Numbered from the stretch's first letter, positions 27,369-38,173 are shown. The stretch is 49,727 nucleotides of DNA from an uncultured Bdellovibrionales bacterium (GCA_964580285.1 CAZOKB010000008.1:1-49727); one strand, 5' to 3'. The notes: generated from the sequence alone by a model not told the origin. Numbers and translations are program-made.

Positions 27369-28189
27369 ATTTCAACTGTTAAAAAAAGTTCGGCCTCATC
27401 CTGAATCAAGCGTTTCTGATATAAAAATATCGAATAGCCCGCATACTTTAAATTCTCATTAAAAAGCTTGTAGAAATATATCGCTCGCTCTCTGATTTTA
27501 TTCTCCTGCGCTTCGGTCAAATCTGAAAACCTACCTCCTAGCAAGATATCAACGTAAGCTTCAATCTCATTTGCAACATCTAAATACGCATGATCTTCCT
27601 CGTAAAAAAGCTCAAGTATCTTCGCATTTTTATCAGCAACAGTCTCAAACAAGGCTTTCCAGGATTTTTTGTCTCTGATTGTTAAAGGCGTTCCAATCGT
27701 CTCCGATACTTTCTCAACAACATCCTTCGGCGGAGTTTCTCGATAATAGATAGGGACAGCTGCGAGAATGCCGCCTGGTTTCAAAACACGCAGGTACTCG
27801 GAAACCGCTTTTTCTTTATCAGATATAAAAGAAGTCACATTGCTACACCAGACCAAATCGAAAGAATCAGCCTCAAACGGGAGATCCGCAGCATCAGCTC
27901 TCAAAAAATCGACTCTCTCATGAGCCCCTTGAACTTCAGCATATACCTTCGCTTCAGCGATGGAAGATTCATTAACATCTACTCCGATTACCTCGCATCC
28001 CGTCAAGAGACTAAGATTCACACTTGTGAACCCGGTATTACTACCAATTTCAAGTACTTTTTTCGAGGCATTTAAAAAAGCATTAACCGCGACAGAATGT
28101 ACCGTCTTTATGCCCCCAGATGGCCGATTTCTCTCTTTGATAAAACCAACAAATTCGGAATAATTCATTTGATGAACATTCTGCGCCAT
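27365..28189 (-). CDS. Class I SAM-dependent methyltransferase
   Basis: VLEIGSNTG, IGVDVN, ADAADLPFEADSFDLVW, RVLKPGG; start reset to ATG 28189, 11 nt after the upstream stop. Confidence 0.9.
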   Translation of the reverse strand: MAQNVHQMNYSEFVGFIKERNRPSGGIKTVHSVAVNAFLNASKKVLEIGSNTGFTSVNLSLLTGCEVIGVDVNESSIAEAKVYAEVQGAHERVDFLRADAADLPFEADSFDLVWCSNVTSFISDKEKAVSEYLRVLKPGGILAAVPIYYRETPPKDVVEKVSETIGTPLTIRDKKSWKALFETVADKNAKILELFYEEDHAYLDVANEIEAYVDILLGGRFSDLTEAQENKIRERAIYFYKLFNENLKYAGYSIFLYQKRLIQDEAELFLTVEI

Positions 28190-28200
28190 ACGATATATAT

Positions 28201-29358
28201 TTACGGTTTTGGGAGGTGATGTCCTCGGGGAATATGTGTTGCTTCCCATATATACGGTAACTGCAATACCCATTGTACATACCGCTGCCATCCGAGACCG
28301 AAGCCCGAAGTTTTTTGGTAATTCCCCTGAAGCCTCGTCTGAATATACGGATCGTAGTCTCCTTGCGGCAGATTGAATGTCTTCGCCTTTTCCTTCAACG
28401 CTTCCGAGCTCGAAATGCGCGTTCCGCTTCCGACCGTCTCACGATACCCACACAGGATAAAATCCGCGTTCTCGGCGAGCGGAGTGCCGTCCTCGTTCTC
28501 ATTAAGTTCGTTGTGATAGAAAGGAATCTGCAGCAACGGGAATTTCGTCACGATGACGTGCTTGCCGAATATCTCCGTAAGTCTTATTTCTTCCCATGCA
28601 CCGAAATTCTTCAGACTGAATTCCTTGTACACATCATTTCCGGTCTCCCTATGGAGAGCCTCAAGCGCCTCCTTGAAGGTGATCGTAACGATATTTCCCT
28701 CTAAAAAAGCACCTGGAAGCTCTTCAAACTTTGCATCGCCGATAAAATATTTCAGACTTTCTCTCTCATTGACTATGAGGTATTTCGTAATATGACGCAT
28801 CAAACCGAGAAAGATATCGATATTCTGGTCGAAAGAAACCTTCCCCTCGAATTCGATGTGCTGGAATTCCGAAAGGTGACAAAAGTCCGCTTTTTCTTTC
28901 CTGAATGAATTGTATATGGAAAATACTTTATCGATATTCTGTTTCAGAAGCCGGAGCTCGAGATAGAATTGTGAGCTTTCCGAAAGGAAAACATTCCGCT
29001 CATTATCGAACCAGGCTACATCAACTGGGAGCGTATCGGTCGTGTAATCCAGCATTTTCCCGGCATACACTTCTCCCGGGGATGAAATCATGAGCGTCGT
29101 AAGGGGAAGATTGCACCACTCGGCACCGATCGATCGGAAATACTCCACCGCTCCGAAAAATACACCGTTGTCTATCTTATGGAGATGATAAAAATATTCT
29201 GGATCCTGAAAAATCTTTGCAATCCTTCCTGTTGTGATTCCTTCGCTGAAATCGAATTCTCTGACGTCTTCAATGGGCTGGAATACGTTATTTCCGTTGT
29301 ACCTGATCTGTTTCTTGCCGCCATCGGATAGAGCTGAATACGGGCTAAGATTATTCAT
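28201..29358 (-). CDS. AsnRS/AspRS-like class IIb catalytic domain lacking the anticodon-binding domain (asparagine-synthetase AS-AR-like architecture)
   Basis: LSESSQFYLE, motif 2 FRKEKADFCHLSEFQHIEFE, ETVGSGTR, motif 3 SGFGLGWQRYVQW; no recognisable N-terminal OB fold. Confidence 0.85.
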   Translation of the reverse strand: MNNLSPYSALSDGGKKQIRYNGNNVFQPIEDVREFDFSEGITTGRIAKIFQDPEYFYHLHKIDNGVFFGAVEYFRSIGAEWCNLPLTTLMISSPGEVYAGKMLDYTTDTLPVDVAWFDNERNVFLSESSQFYLELRLLKQNIDKVFSIYNSFRKEKADFCHLSEFQHIEFEGKVSFDQNIDIFLGLMRHITKYLIVNERESLKYFIGDAKFEELPGAFLEGNIVTITFKEALEALHRETGNDVYKEFSLKNFGAWEEIRLTEIFGKHVIVTKFPLLQIPFYHNELNENEDGTPLAENADFILCGYRETVGSGTRISSSEALKEKAKTFNLPQGDYDPYIQTRLQGNYQKTSGFGLGWQRYVQWVLQLPYIWEATHIPRGHHLPKP

Positions 29359-29388
29359 ACTGATACCGTTGAAAAACTAAAGAATTTT

Positions 29389-31563
<2,175 letters not shown>

Positions 31564-31733
31564 TTACCCTAAAAGAAAAATCCTGGAGAAAGCCAGGTAA
31601 GCAAACAATACATGGGTACCTAAAGGATACCCGCTGGATACCGTATCGATAACCGCTATCTTTCTAAAGATACCGGGCAGTAATGAAATACCTAACCAAC
31701 ATCCTCTTCTCGCTCCTTGAAAATCGCCTCCTC

Positions 31734-32336
31734 TTAGAGTCCCGATTTTTTGTAATCACGAGAAGAAACAAAGCTGCGAATCTGCACCGGTTTAGTGGAG
31801 CTGTTCAGCGTAAACGTGATCTGTGCTCCACCCACCTTCCCGGGTATCGACTCATTCACGACGAGATTCAATCTTGTGTCCGCTGGTGTCACATCGATAG
31901 CTGCTCCGAAAGCACTCGAACAATCTGTCGCTATAGTGGTAAAGGTAGTTGTCGGAACCATTTTTTCTTGACGGCGGATAATTCCAGCGGTTGTCAGATT
32001 ACCACTGCTCGATGTATACCGCACACATTTCCCTTGAGAGTAATCATAGTAGGTCAGCGATGAAGGATTTGTCACCTTCGCGCCCGTACTCGAACCAGTG
32101 TAATCCGCTATGGTACTGGTACGAATTTCCTTGGCCATCTGATTCATAAGGGTACTGATAGACTCCACATCCCGCTCAGTCGCCGTGTTCATCTTGAACG
32201 ACAAAATACCAGACGTAAATGTTTGGGCAGCACTCACCATAAGAATCGAGAAAATCGCCATGGCGATCACGAGTTCTATCAATGTCAATCCTCGAAGATG
32301 CTTTCGTTGTTTCATAATCATCATACTGATACCCAT
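31734..32336 (-). CDS. Type IV minor pilin (PilW-like)
   Basis: Class III signal G|LTLIELVIAMAIFSILM; exact start uncertain (32336 or 32315). Confidence 0.85.
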   Translation of the reverse strand: MGISMMIMKQRKHLRGLTLIELVIAMAIFSILMVSAAQTFTSGILSFKMNTATERDVESISTLMNQMAKEIRTSTIADYTGSSTGAKVTNPSSLTYYDYSQGKCVRYTSSSGNLTTAGIIRRQEKMVPTTTFTTIATDCSSAFGAAIDVTPADTRLNLVVNESIPGKVGGAQITFTLNSSTKPVQIRSFVSSRDYKKSGL

Positions 32337-32338
32337 GC

Positions 32339-32983
32339 TTATTTCCACCCGAGTACCTCCGCTTCTGAATACACACATTTATTGACCCGGTTACACTGAG
32401 ATTTCATAGCCGTCACATACGCCGCGTTTGAGGCAAAGCCACTACTATCCGCTGGAGCCCATGTGCCCCAGTACACAAAACTCACTACCGAAACCGTATC
32501 TGGAGCTGTTGTCCGCTCAATGTTTACGTAGCGCTTATACGCAATACCATTCAGAACAACGGCATTAGTGACCGCATTGGCGCGCAAGGTTGCGTTACAG
32601 TTACTGCGGCACATGCGTGTATTTCCCAAGTATTGATCGATAATCCGCGCTCCCGTTGACCACTTTGATCCAGAAAGGTTGACCAGGCAGTGTTCCCTGG
32701 TTACGGTTGGATCAAAGAGTTCATCCGCATTACTGGTGGCCACTTCAAACCCACTGCCACCGGCAGCAAAATCATTATCCCGGATATTCCGCACAATTTC
32801 TGCTCCTTCCTGAGCGAGCTGCGTCCCCACAACATAATCCCGGTTCCCTCGTTCATTGGAACGGCTACTATAGAGCAAGCTCAGAGCAGTTAAAACACCC
32901 ACGGTGATGACTGCTGCCGCCAGAATCACTTCTCCGATAGAAAAACCGGGGAGTTGCTTTGGTGGTATATGTCGTCTTAACAT
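32339..32983 (-). CDS. Type IV minor pilin (PilV-like)
   Basis: G|FSIGEVILAAAVITVGVL, QLAQEGAEIVRNIRD; start uncertain (32983 or 33016). Confidence 0.85.
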   Translation of the reverse strand: MLRRHIPPKQLPGFSIGEVILAAAVITVGVLTALSLLYSSRSNERGNRDYVVGTQLAQEGAEIVRNIRDNDFAAGGSGFEVATSNADELFDPTVTREHCLVNLSGSKWSTGARIIDQYLGNTRMCRSNCNATLRANAVTNAVVLNGIAYKRYVNIERTTAPDTVSVVSFVYWGTWAPADSSGFASNAAYVTAMKSQCNRVNKCVYSEAEVLGWK

Positions 32984-33036
32984 AATTTTTGTTTTGATTA
33001 ACTCTCCTCTGGTCATTCTGATCCGCTTGCGTCAGA

Positions 33037-33094
33037 TGTCATTCCGAGCGAAGTCGAGGAATCTCCATATTCCCTATTCATTATTCCTCATTCT
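33037..33094. repeat. REP-like element with heptamer tail
   Basis: tgtcattccgagcgaagtcgaggaatctcc followed by atattcc|ctattca|ttattcc|tcattct. Confidence 0.6.
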
Positions 33095-33099
33095 CTGCC

Positions 33100-33621
33100 C
33101 TACGGGCACGTTGTTCCAGCTACATCCTTGACTTGTCCGCCCGGATACACGCAGACCGAATAGGTTGTTGATCCTTTGCTCAACTGGATATTGATCGGGG
33201 TCGCATTCCCATTCGGGTCAAGCTCTCCCCGCGGTACCGTAAAGAAAAATTCATTGCTATCCGAAGCAAAGGTAACTCCATTCTCTAAAGACATAGTCAT
33301 GCCCGGAATAGCTGTTGAGGCGGACATTCCTGCACTACAACTAGTGCCAGTTCGGTAAACATACCTAAACTGAAAAACAACATCCATAGATGTAATAGAT
33401 ATCACCCCAAACTTACAGGGAACATTCGTGCCAATCTGTTTACCTGTCAGGGCATAGTTCTGCATTTCCCGAATCGCCGCCGCTACCTTTCTGGCCTGGC
33501 CCTCCACAGCCTTGCGCTCTTTACCGGAACCAAAAGAGACGATCGTAACAGCGGTAACAATACCAATAATGGCCATCACCACCATGATCTCAATCAGCGT
33601 AAACCCTCTTCTATGCATCAT
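33100..33621 (-). CDS. Type IV minor pilin (FimT/GspH-like)
   Basis: MMHRRG|FTLIEIMVVMAIIGIV, FTVPRG, SVCVYPGG. Confidence 0.88.
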   Translation of the reverse strand: MMHRRGFTLIEIMVVMAIIGIVTAVTIVSFGSGKERKAVEGQARKVAAAIREMQNYALTGKQIGTNVPCKFGVISITSMDVVFQFRYVYRTGTSCSAGMSASTAIPGMTMSLENGVTFASDSNEFFFTVPRGELDPNGNATPINIQLSKGSTTYSVCVYPGGQVKDVAGTTCP

Positions 33622-33649
33622 ATTTTTTTGTATGGTTCTTTATTGGTAT

Positions 33650-33742
33650 TGTCATTCCGATCCCCCTCCGCCAGTTGGCGGATGGCGGACGAGAAATCTC
33701 CCTATTCCACATTCTATATTCTCTCCCTTCCATTCTACCTTC
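33650..33742. repeat. REP-like composite element with heptamer tail
   Basis: tgtcattccga...tccgcca-gt-tggcgga...gagaaatctc followed by cctattc|cacattc|tatattc|tctccct|tccattc|taccttc. Confidence 0.6.
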
Positions 33743-33753
33743 TTATTGGGAGA

Positions 33754-33782
33754 TTGACAAAGTCTCTCTTTTCTGCTATCGT
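33754..33782 (+). promoter_or_regulatory. Sigma70 promoter TTGACA-17-TATCGT (TGn) for the PEP-CTERM gene
   Basis: Read directly; AGGAGG RBS at 33854-33859. Confidence 0.65.
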
Positions 33783-33864
33783 GCGCTCAATTGGAAAGGA
33801 GCGTTCACGAGCGCTTTTTTCAAGAGTTTTTTCCACACCCACATGCACTCAATAGGAGGTCGTC

Positions 33865-34590
33865 ATGCTGAAAAGACTGTTTAGTATCATCTTGCTCGCT
33901 TTGAGCCTGCAGGTCCAAGCCGCTCCGGTTCTCCTCGAGGACTGGACCGATTTTTCCGACTGGACGCTCGGCACCCTGAGCAATCCGGGTCGCTTCACCA
34001 GCCAGAGCTCGGTAACGTCTTTTGGTCACGCTTTCACCCCGACCGAGGGCAGTAAGCTGCTCCGCATTACCGGCGGGTTCGACGCTCGTGAGCCATCGAT
34101 CATCTACCGGTCATTCCATTTCAATGACAGCATCCTCGCCTTCGACTGGTTCACGATCTCCCGGGACTCGCTGCCGGATAACGATGCCTCCTATTTTTTG
34201 TTGAGCAAGGACGGAGTCACTTTCACCGCCTACCTCTTGGCGGATGTGGCTTCGCTCGGCGGCATTACCGGCACGGCCACCGGCTGGAACACCAGTTACC
34301 TCAACCTCCTCGGGAGCGGCGACCTCTTTGTCGGCTTTGCGGCTATCGACACAGGCATTGAAGGTGGGGCAATCTTCTTCGGTACGGACAATCTCCGTCT
34401 CGTCGATGAGATCCCTGGTACTGCGCCATCGCCCGATGGCAAAGTGACCCAGGTGACCACGTTCGATTTTGGTCCCAGCACTCCGCCTCCGGGAGGTGCT
34501 GTTCCCGAACCGGGTAGCGCCTTCCTGGTACTCGCCGGCCTCCTGGGTATCGGCGGCGCTGCTCGCCGTAAGCAAGACCGCCTCCACTGA
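33865..34590 (+). CDS. Secreted PEP-CTERM sorting-domain protein
   Basis: Signal peptide MLKRLFSIILLALSLQVQA; C-terminal VPEPGSAFLVLAGLLGIGGAARRK (VPEP + TM + basic cluster) after a Pro/Gly/Thr linker. Confidence 0.92.
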   Translation: MLKRLFSIILLALSLQVQAAPVLLEDWTDFSDWTLGTLSNPGRFTSQSSVTSFGHAFTPTEGSKLLRITGGFDAREPSIIYRSFHFNDSILAFDWFTISRDSLPDNDASYFLLSKDGVTFTAYLLADVASLGGITGTATGWNTSYLNLLGSGDLFVGFAAIDTGIEGGAIFFGTDNLRLVDEIPGTAPSPDGKVTQVTTFDFGPSTPPPGGAVPEPGSAFLVLAGLLGIGGAARRKQDRLH

Positions 34591-34609
34591 GACCAATGTG
34601 TCTCCCCAC

Positions 34610-34643
34610 AAGGGCTACCCCACAAGGTAGCCCTTTTCTTTTT
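34610..34643 (+). terminator. Rho-independent terminator of the PEP-CTERM gene
   Basis: aagggctacc-ccacaa-ggtagccctt followed by ttcttttt. Confidence 0.8.
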
Positions 34644-34657
34644 CCCGTCACTTTTAA

Positions 34658-35455
34658 CTACATCCACACTAGACCGTACTGGAAAAAACCCAGACCGGAA
34701 AGAAGAAAATAAAGGAAGGTCCCTATAACCAGAAAAGGACCAAAAGGGACTCGTGTTTGCATACCTGCTTGTTTACGCAGCAGCAGAAAAACTGAGAAGA
34801 GTGCTCCGGCCGCGAACGAGAGCGTGAGAGCGAAGAGTACTCCCTTCATACCCACTGCCAGACCGATAATTGCCGCAAGCCACGCATCCCCCCACCCCAT
34901 CCACGTCTCCTGAGAAAAAAACGCTAATCCCGCAAAAAATCCCCAGGCTACCAGCGCTCCAATCAAACCCGAAAGCGTCCGACCATCAAAAGAAAGCAAT
35001 GTATCGGTTGAAACAGTCCAATCAAGTAAAAGTAGGAAAAAAAGTGTCCATACCACACTCGCCTGCAGCATAATGACCGGTATTTCCATCGTCTTGCCAT
35101 CATAGAGTGCAATCACTATAAAGAACGAGAAGAGACCAAGGAGCCACACCGTCTGTATCCAAGCGCTTGTCTCGACCGGATTAAAAAAGAGTGCAATGGT
35201 AGCGGCATACACTATACCGGTCATCACTTCAACCGCTGGATAGCGCCAGGCAATAGGCTGCCGGCACCCTCGGCATTTCCCACGAAGCAGCAGGAAAGAA
35301 AGAATGGGGATATTATCATACCAACGGATAAGCGCACCGCATTGTGGGCATACTGACCGACCATGTACAAAATCTTCGCCCCGCTCCATGCGGAGCGCCA
35401 CAACATTCAAAAAACTCCCTACAATAATCCCAAAAAGAAAAAAGAAGAGTACCAT
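34658..35455 (-). CDS. pilD: Prepilin peptidase
   Basis: GSFLNVVALR, RSVCPQCG, WYDNIPILSF..RGKCRGC, MGWGDAWL, VPFGPFL. Confidence 0.95.
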   Translation of the reverse strand: MVLFFFLFGIIVGSFLNVVALRMERGEDFVHGRSVCPQCGALIRWYDNIPILSFLLLRGKCRGCRQPIAWRYPAVEVMTGIVYAATIALFFNPVETSAWIQTVWLLGLFSFFIVIALYDGKTMEIPVIMLQASVVWTLFFLLLLDWTVSTDTLLSFDGRTLSGLIGALVAWGFFAGLAFFSQETWMGWGDAWLAAIIGLAVGMKGVLFALTLSFAAGALFSVFLLLRKQAGMQTRVPFGPFLVIGTFLYFLLSGLGFFQYGLVWM

Positions 35456-35465
35456 AGAGCCAACC

Positions 35466-35825
35466 CTATCTCTTCTTAAAAAGTTTTTCGAGTATCCATA
35501 CCAACATTTCTATTCCAGCCCAACAGAGAGCTATCGAGAGAGCGAATCCGGCCACGGAAAACTCCACCATAGGTTGATGCAGATCGAGCAAGAAAGATCT
35601 CGGGAAAAAAGAAAGGGAACCACTCACTGCGGACAGATCAAAAGCCACAAAGCTGAGCGGTAATCCGAACCATACGGCTTGCAGGCCAGCTTTCGTGGTA
35701 ACTGGCATACTGGATACCCAAAGCGTTGCCACAACCAGCCCCACTGAAAACAAGAACAACAGGAGGTGTTTAGGACACCTCCTGTTTTGTACAGCCTTGA
35801 GAAGACGAGACATTATAAATTTCAT
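35466..35825 (-). CDS. Hypothetical 2-TM membrane protein
   Basis: Two hydrophobic segments; packed in the pil operon without overlap. Confidence 0.6.
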   Translation of the reverse strand: MKFIMSRLLKAVQNRRCPKHLLLFLFSVGLVVATLWVSSMPVTTKAGLQAVWFGLPLSFVAFDLSAVSGSLSFFPRSFLLDLHQPMVEFSVAGFALSIALCWAGIEMLVWILEKLFKKR

Positions 35826-35843
35826 GAGAACACTGAGTTCAAT

Positions 35844-36281
35844 TTAACAACCCGTTGGGTAGCCATCCGTGGTTAAGGCGCTATCTGAAAACACACCGGT
35901 CATGGAAACATAGGTGGCTACATTGCACGCAGTTACTGGTAGTCCAGCAGGAGTCACTTCGATAGACGGCAACGAAGAAGCGCAATCGGTATTTACCACA
36001 TACGCCACACTCGTGGCTTTCATATCGGCCGCGTTCGGCAAATTAGAACCAATCACTGGGCTACAGATATCGCTCCCTTCTGTCGTCTGGAGCACATTCG
36101 ATGACTGATCACAGCAAACACCAATGGCCTGTACCATACTAGAAACAGTCGACTTGTACGCTGCTACAGTGGCCTTGTTTCTAGCGTTGCTCAAGCTAAC
36201 GAGCACGATAGAGGCGAGAATACCGATGATCGCAATAACGATCAGGAGTTCGATAAGGGTGAAACCTTTTTGGTTTTTCAT
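35844..36281 (-). CDS. Type IV major-type pilin, copy B (145 aa)
   Basis: MKNQKG|[20 protein letters not shown]; start reset to ATG 36281. Confidence 0.93.
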   Translation of the reverse strand: MKNQKGFTLIELLIVIAIIGILASIVLVSLSNARNKATVAAYKSTVSSMVQAIGVCCDQSSNVLQTTEGSDICSPVIGSNLPNAADMKATSVAYVVNTDCASSLPSIEVTPAGLPVTACNVATYVSMTGVFSDSALTTDGYPTGC

Positions 36282-36834
36282 AAAATAATACTTACTTATA
36301 CATACAAGCTGCCGAACTACTGCCTCCCCCCCCAGAACTTGCTCACTCATTCTGCCTGCCGAGTCTCCTGAAAAAGGGTTTTCGGCAGACATAAGAACAA
36401 GCAAGCTAGCATCCAGATGGATAACCAGCGGTTGTCAATCCTGCATTACTGAAAATACCGGTTGAGGAAACATAGGTAGCTGCATTGCACCCTGTAATCG
36501 GAAGACCCGCTGGGGTCACCGTCAAGCTTGGGTTCGCTGTGTTACACGCTGTGTTCAAGCCGTACGTTACTCCAGTAGCTTTCATCTGAGTAGCAGTTGG
36601 CAGGTTCACACTGAGGGCTGGGTTACATACATCAGATCCCGCTGTCGTCTGCAAGGTGTTCGTAGAGTTATCACAGCAGAGAGTTACCGCTGGAATCAAG
36701 CTCGACAGAGTCGACTTGTACGCTGCTACAGTGGCCTTGTTTCTAGCGTTGCTCAAGCTCACGAGCACGATAGAGGCGAGAATACCGATGATCGCAATAA
36801 CGATCAGGAGTTCGATAAGGGTGAAACCTTTTTG
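36147..36834. repeat. 126-bp direct repeat (36147-36272 and 36709-36834, one mismatch) covering the 5' part of both pilins
   Basis: Aligned by eye: 125/126 identical; mismatch 36198 a vs 36760 c; period 562 bp. Confidence 0.9.
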
Positions 36835-36846
36835 AGTTTTATTCAT
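36406..36846 (-). CDS. Type IV major-type pilin, copy A (146 aa)
   Basis: MNKTQKG|[20 protein letters not shown]; strong AGGAGGTG RBS upstream. Confidence 0.95.
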   Translation of the reverse strand: MNKTQKGFTLIELLIVIAIIGILASIVLVSLSNARNKATVAAYKSTLSSLIPAVTLCCDNSTNTLQTTAGSDVCNPALSVNLPTATQMKATGVTYGLNTACNTANPSLTVTPAGLPITGCNAATYVSSTGIFSNAGLTTAGYPSGC

Positions 36847-36955
36847 ACATTCTCACCTCCTCTCTGTTTATATTTTTTCCGCCAGAGGCGGGCCAGACTT
36901 TGGCTGGATTTTTCTATTTATTTTCTGATTCTACAATACCATATTGTGAAGCTGT

Positions 36956-38173
36956 CTACAATTGCCCCGCAATGTTATAAATCGGCATCAGAATACCCAC
37001 GACCATGATACCCACGCCAATACCGAGGAAGACAATGAGCACGGGTTCAATGAGCGATGTCATATTGCGGGTAATATTCTCTACTTCCGACCGATAGAAG
37101 CTCGCCACGCCATCCAGCACCTTAGAGATCGATCCCGATTCTTCCCCGATCTTCACCATCTGGGAAACAATCGGCGGGATAACCGGGGAACGGAGAAACA
37201 CCGTACTCATCGCTCCGCCTGATTTCACTTCTTCTGCAGCACGAAGAATCGTTCCCTGGAACACTTGATTACCCGTCACATCACTCACGATAATCAGCGC
37301 TTTCACAATAGGGATACCTCCGTTCAAGAGAGAACTCAGATTCTCAGAAAAACGCGTGATGTAGACATAGCGCATGAGTTCCCCGATCACCGGAATTTTG
37401 AGGACGATACGATTCCAATCCGCCTGCCCCGTATCGGTATTGATGTAGTAATAAAAGGATATGCCTGCACCGATAATCACAATCAGTACCGCCCACCAGT
37501 AGGCATTCATGAAGTCCCCGATCCACATGAGCACCGCAGTGTACCATGGGATAGCCACGCCTAAATCCTTAATCATGCTTGTCAGCTTGGGCAAAATGAA
37601 GGTTACCACCAGAAAACCGATAATAAAGGCTGCGGTTAACACGAAAGCTGGGTAAAACAACGCCCCCTTGATTTTTGAGCTCAACTGGTAGTTCTTTTCA
37701 ATGTTGTCCGCCACTACTTCGATCGATTTATGCAATGAACCAGATACTTCGCCTGCCTTGATCATGCTAATCATGAGCGGCGTAAAGGCTGCCGGGTGCT
37801 TTTCAAGACTTTCCGAAAATGAAGCTCCGTCCTCCACATCATCTTCAATCTCCTTCAAAATCATGCGGAGGTAGCGGTTACCGGTCTGTTCAGCCAAGGT
37901 ATCAATCGAGGATACCATCGGTACGCGAGCACTAATCAGTGTGGCCAATTGACGAAAGAGCACCATAAGTTCTTTCTGACTGACTCCTTCCCACATTTTC
38001 GTGAAATCACGAAACAGTTCTGATTCCTGTTTTTCTTCCTGGACCGAAAAAGGTACCAGACCATTACTCTGAAGGATTTGGATGGCCGCCTCCCGGCCAA
38101 CCGCTTCGACAACCCCTACCCGCTCTTGCCCGGCTTCTGTTTTTGCTCTAAATGCAAATTTCATACGGTACAC
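36956..38173 (-). CDS. pilC: Type IV pilus platform protein (PilC/GspF family)
   Basis: FRQLATLISARVP, KAGEVSGSL, ALFYPAFV, QMVKIGEESG, LIEPVLIV. Confidence 0.95.
   Translation of the reverse strand: MYRMKFAFRAKTEAGQERVGVVEAVGREAAIQILQSNGLVPFSVQEEKQESELFRDFTKMWEGVSQKELMVLFRQLATLISARVPMVSSIDTLAEQTGNRYLRMILKEIEDDVEDGASFSESLEKHPAAFTPLMISMIKAGEVSGSLHKSIEVVADNIEKNYQLSSKIKGALFYPAFVLTAAFIIGFLVVTFILPKLTSMIKDLGVAIPWYTAVLMWIGDFMNAYWWAVLIVIIGAGISFYYYINTDTGQADWNRIVLKIPVIGELMRYVYITRFSENLSSLLNGGIPIVKALIIVSDVTGNQVFQGTILRAAEEVKSGGAMSTVFLRSPVIPPIVSQMVKIGEESGSISKVLDGVASFYRSEVENITRNMTSLIEPVLIVFLGIGVGIMVVGILMPIYNIAGQL

Noticed and set aside
36326-36333. C8/G8 homopolymer upstream of pilin B as a phase-variation switch
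   Set aside because: Intergenic, only 8 nt, and not positioned in an identifiable promoter spacer.
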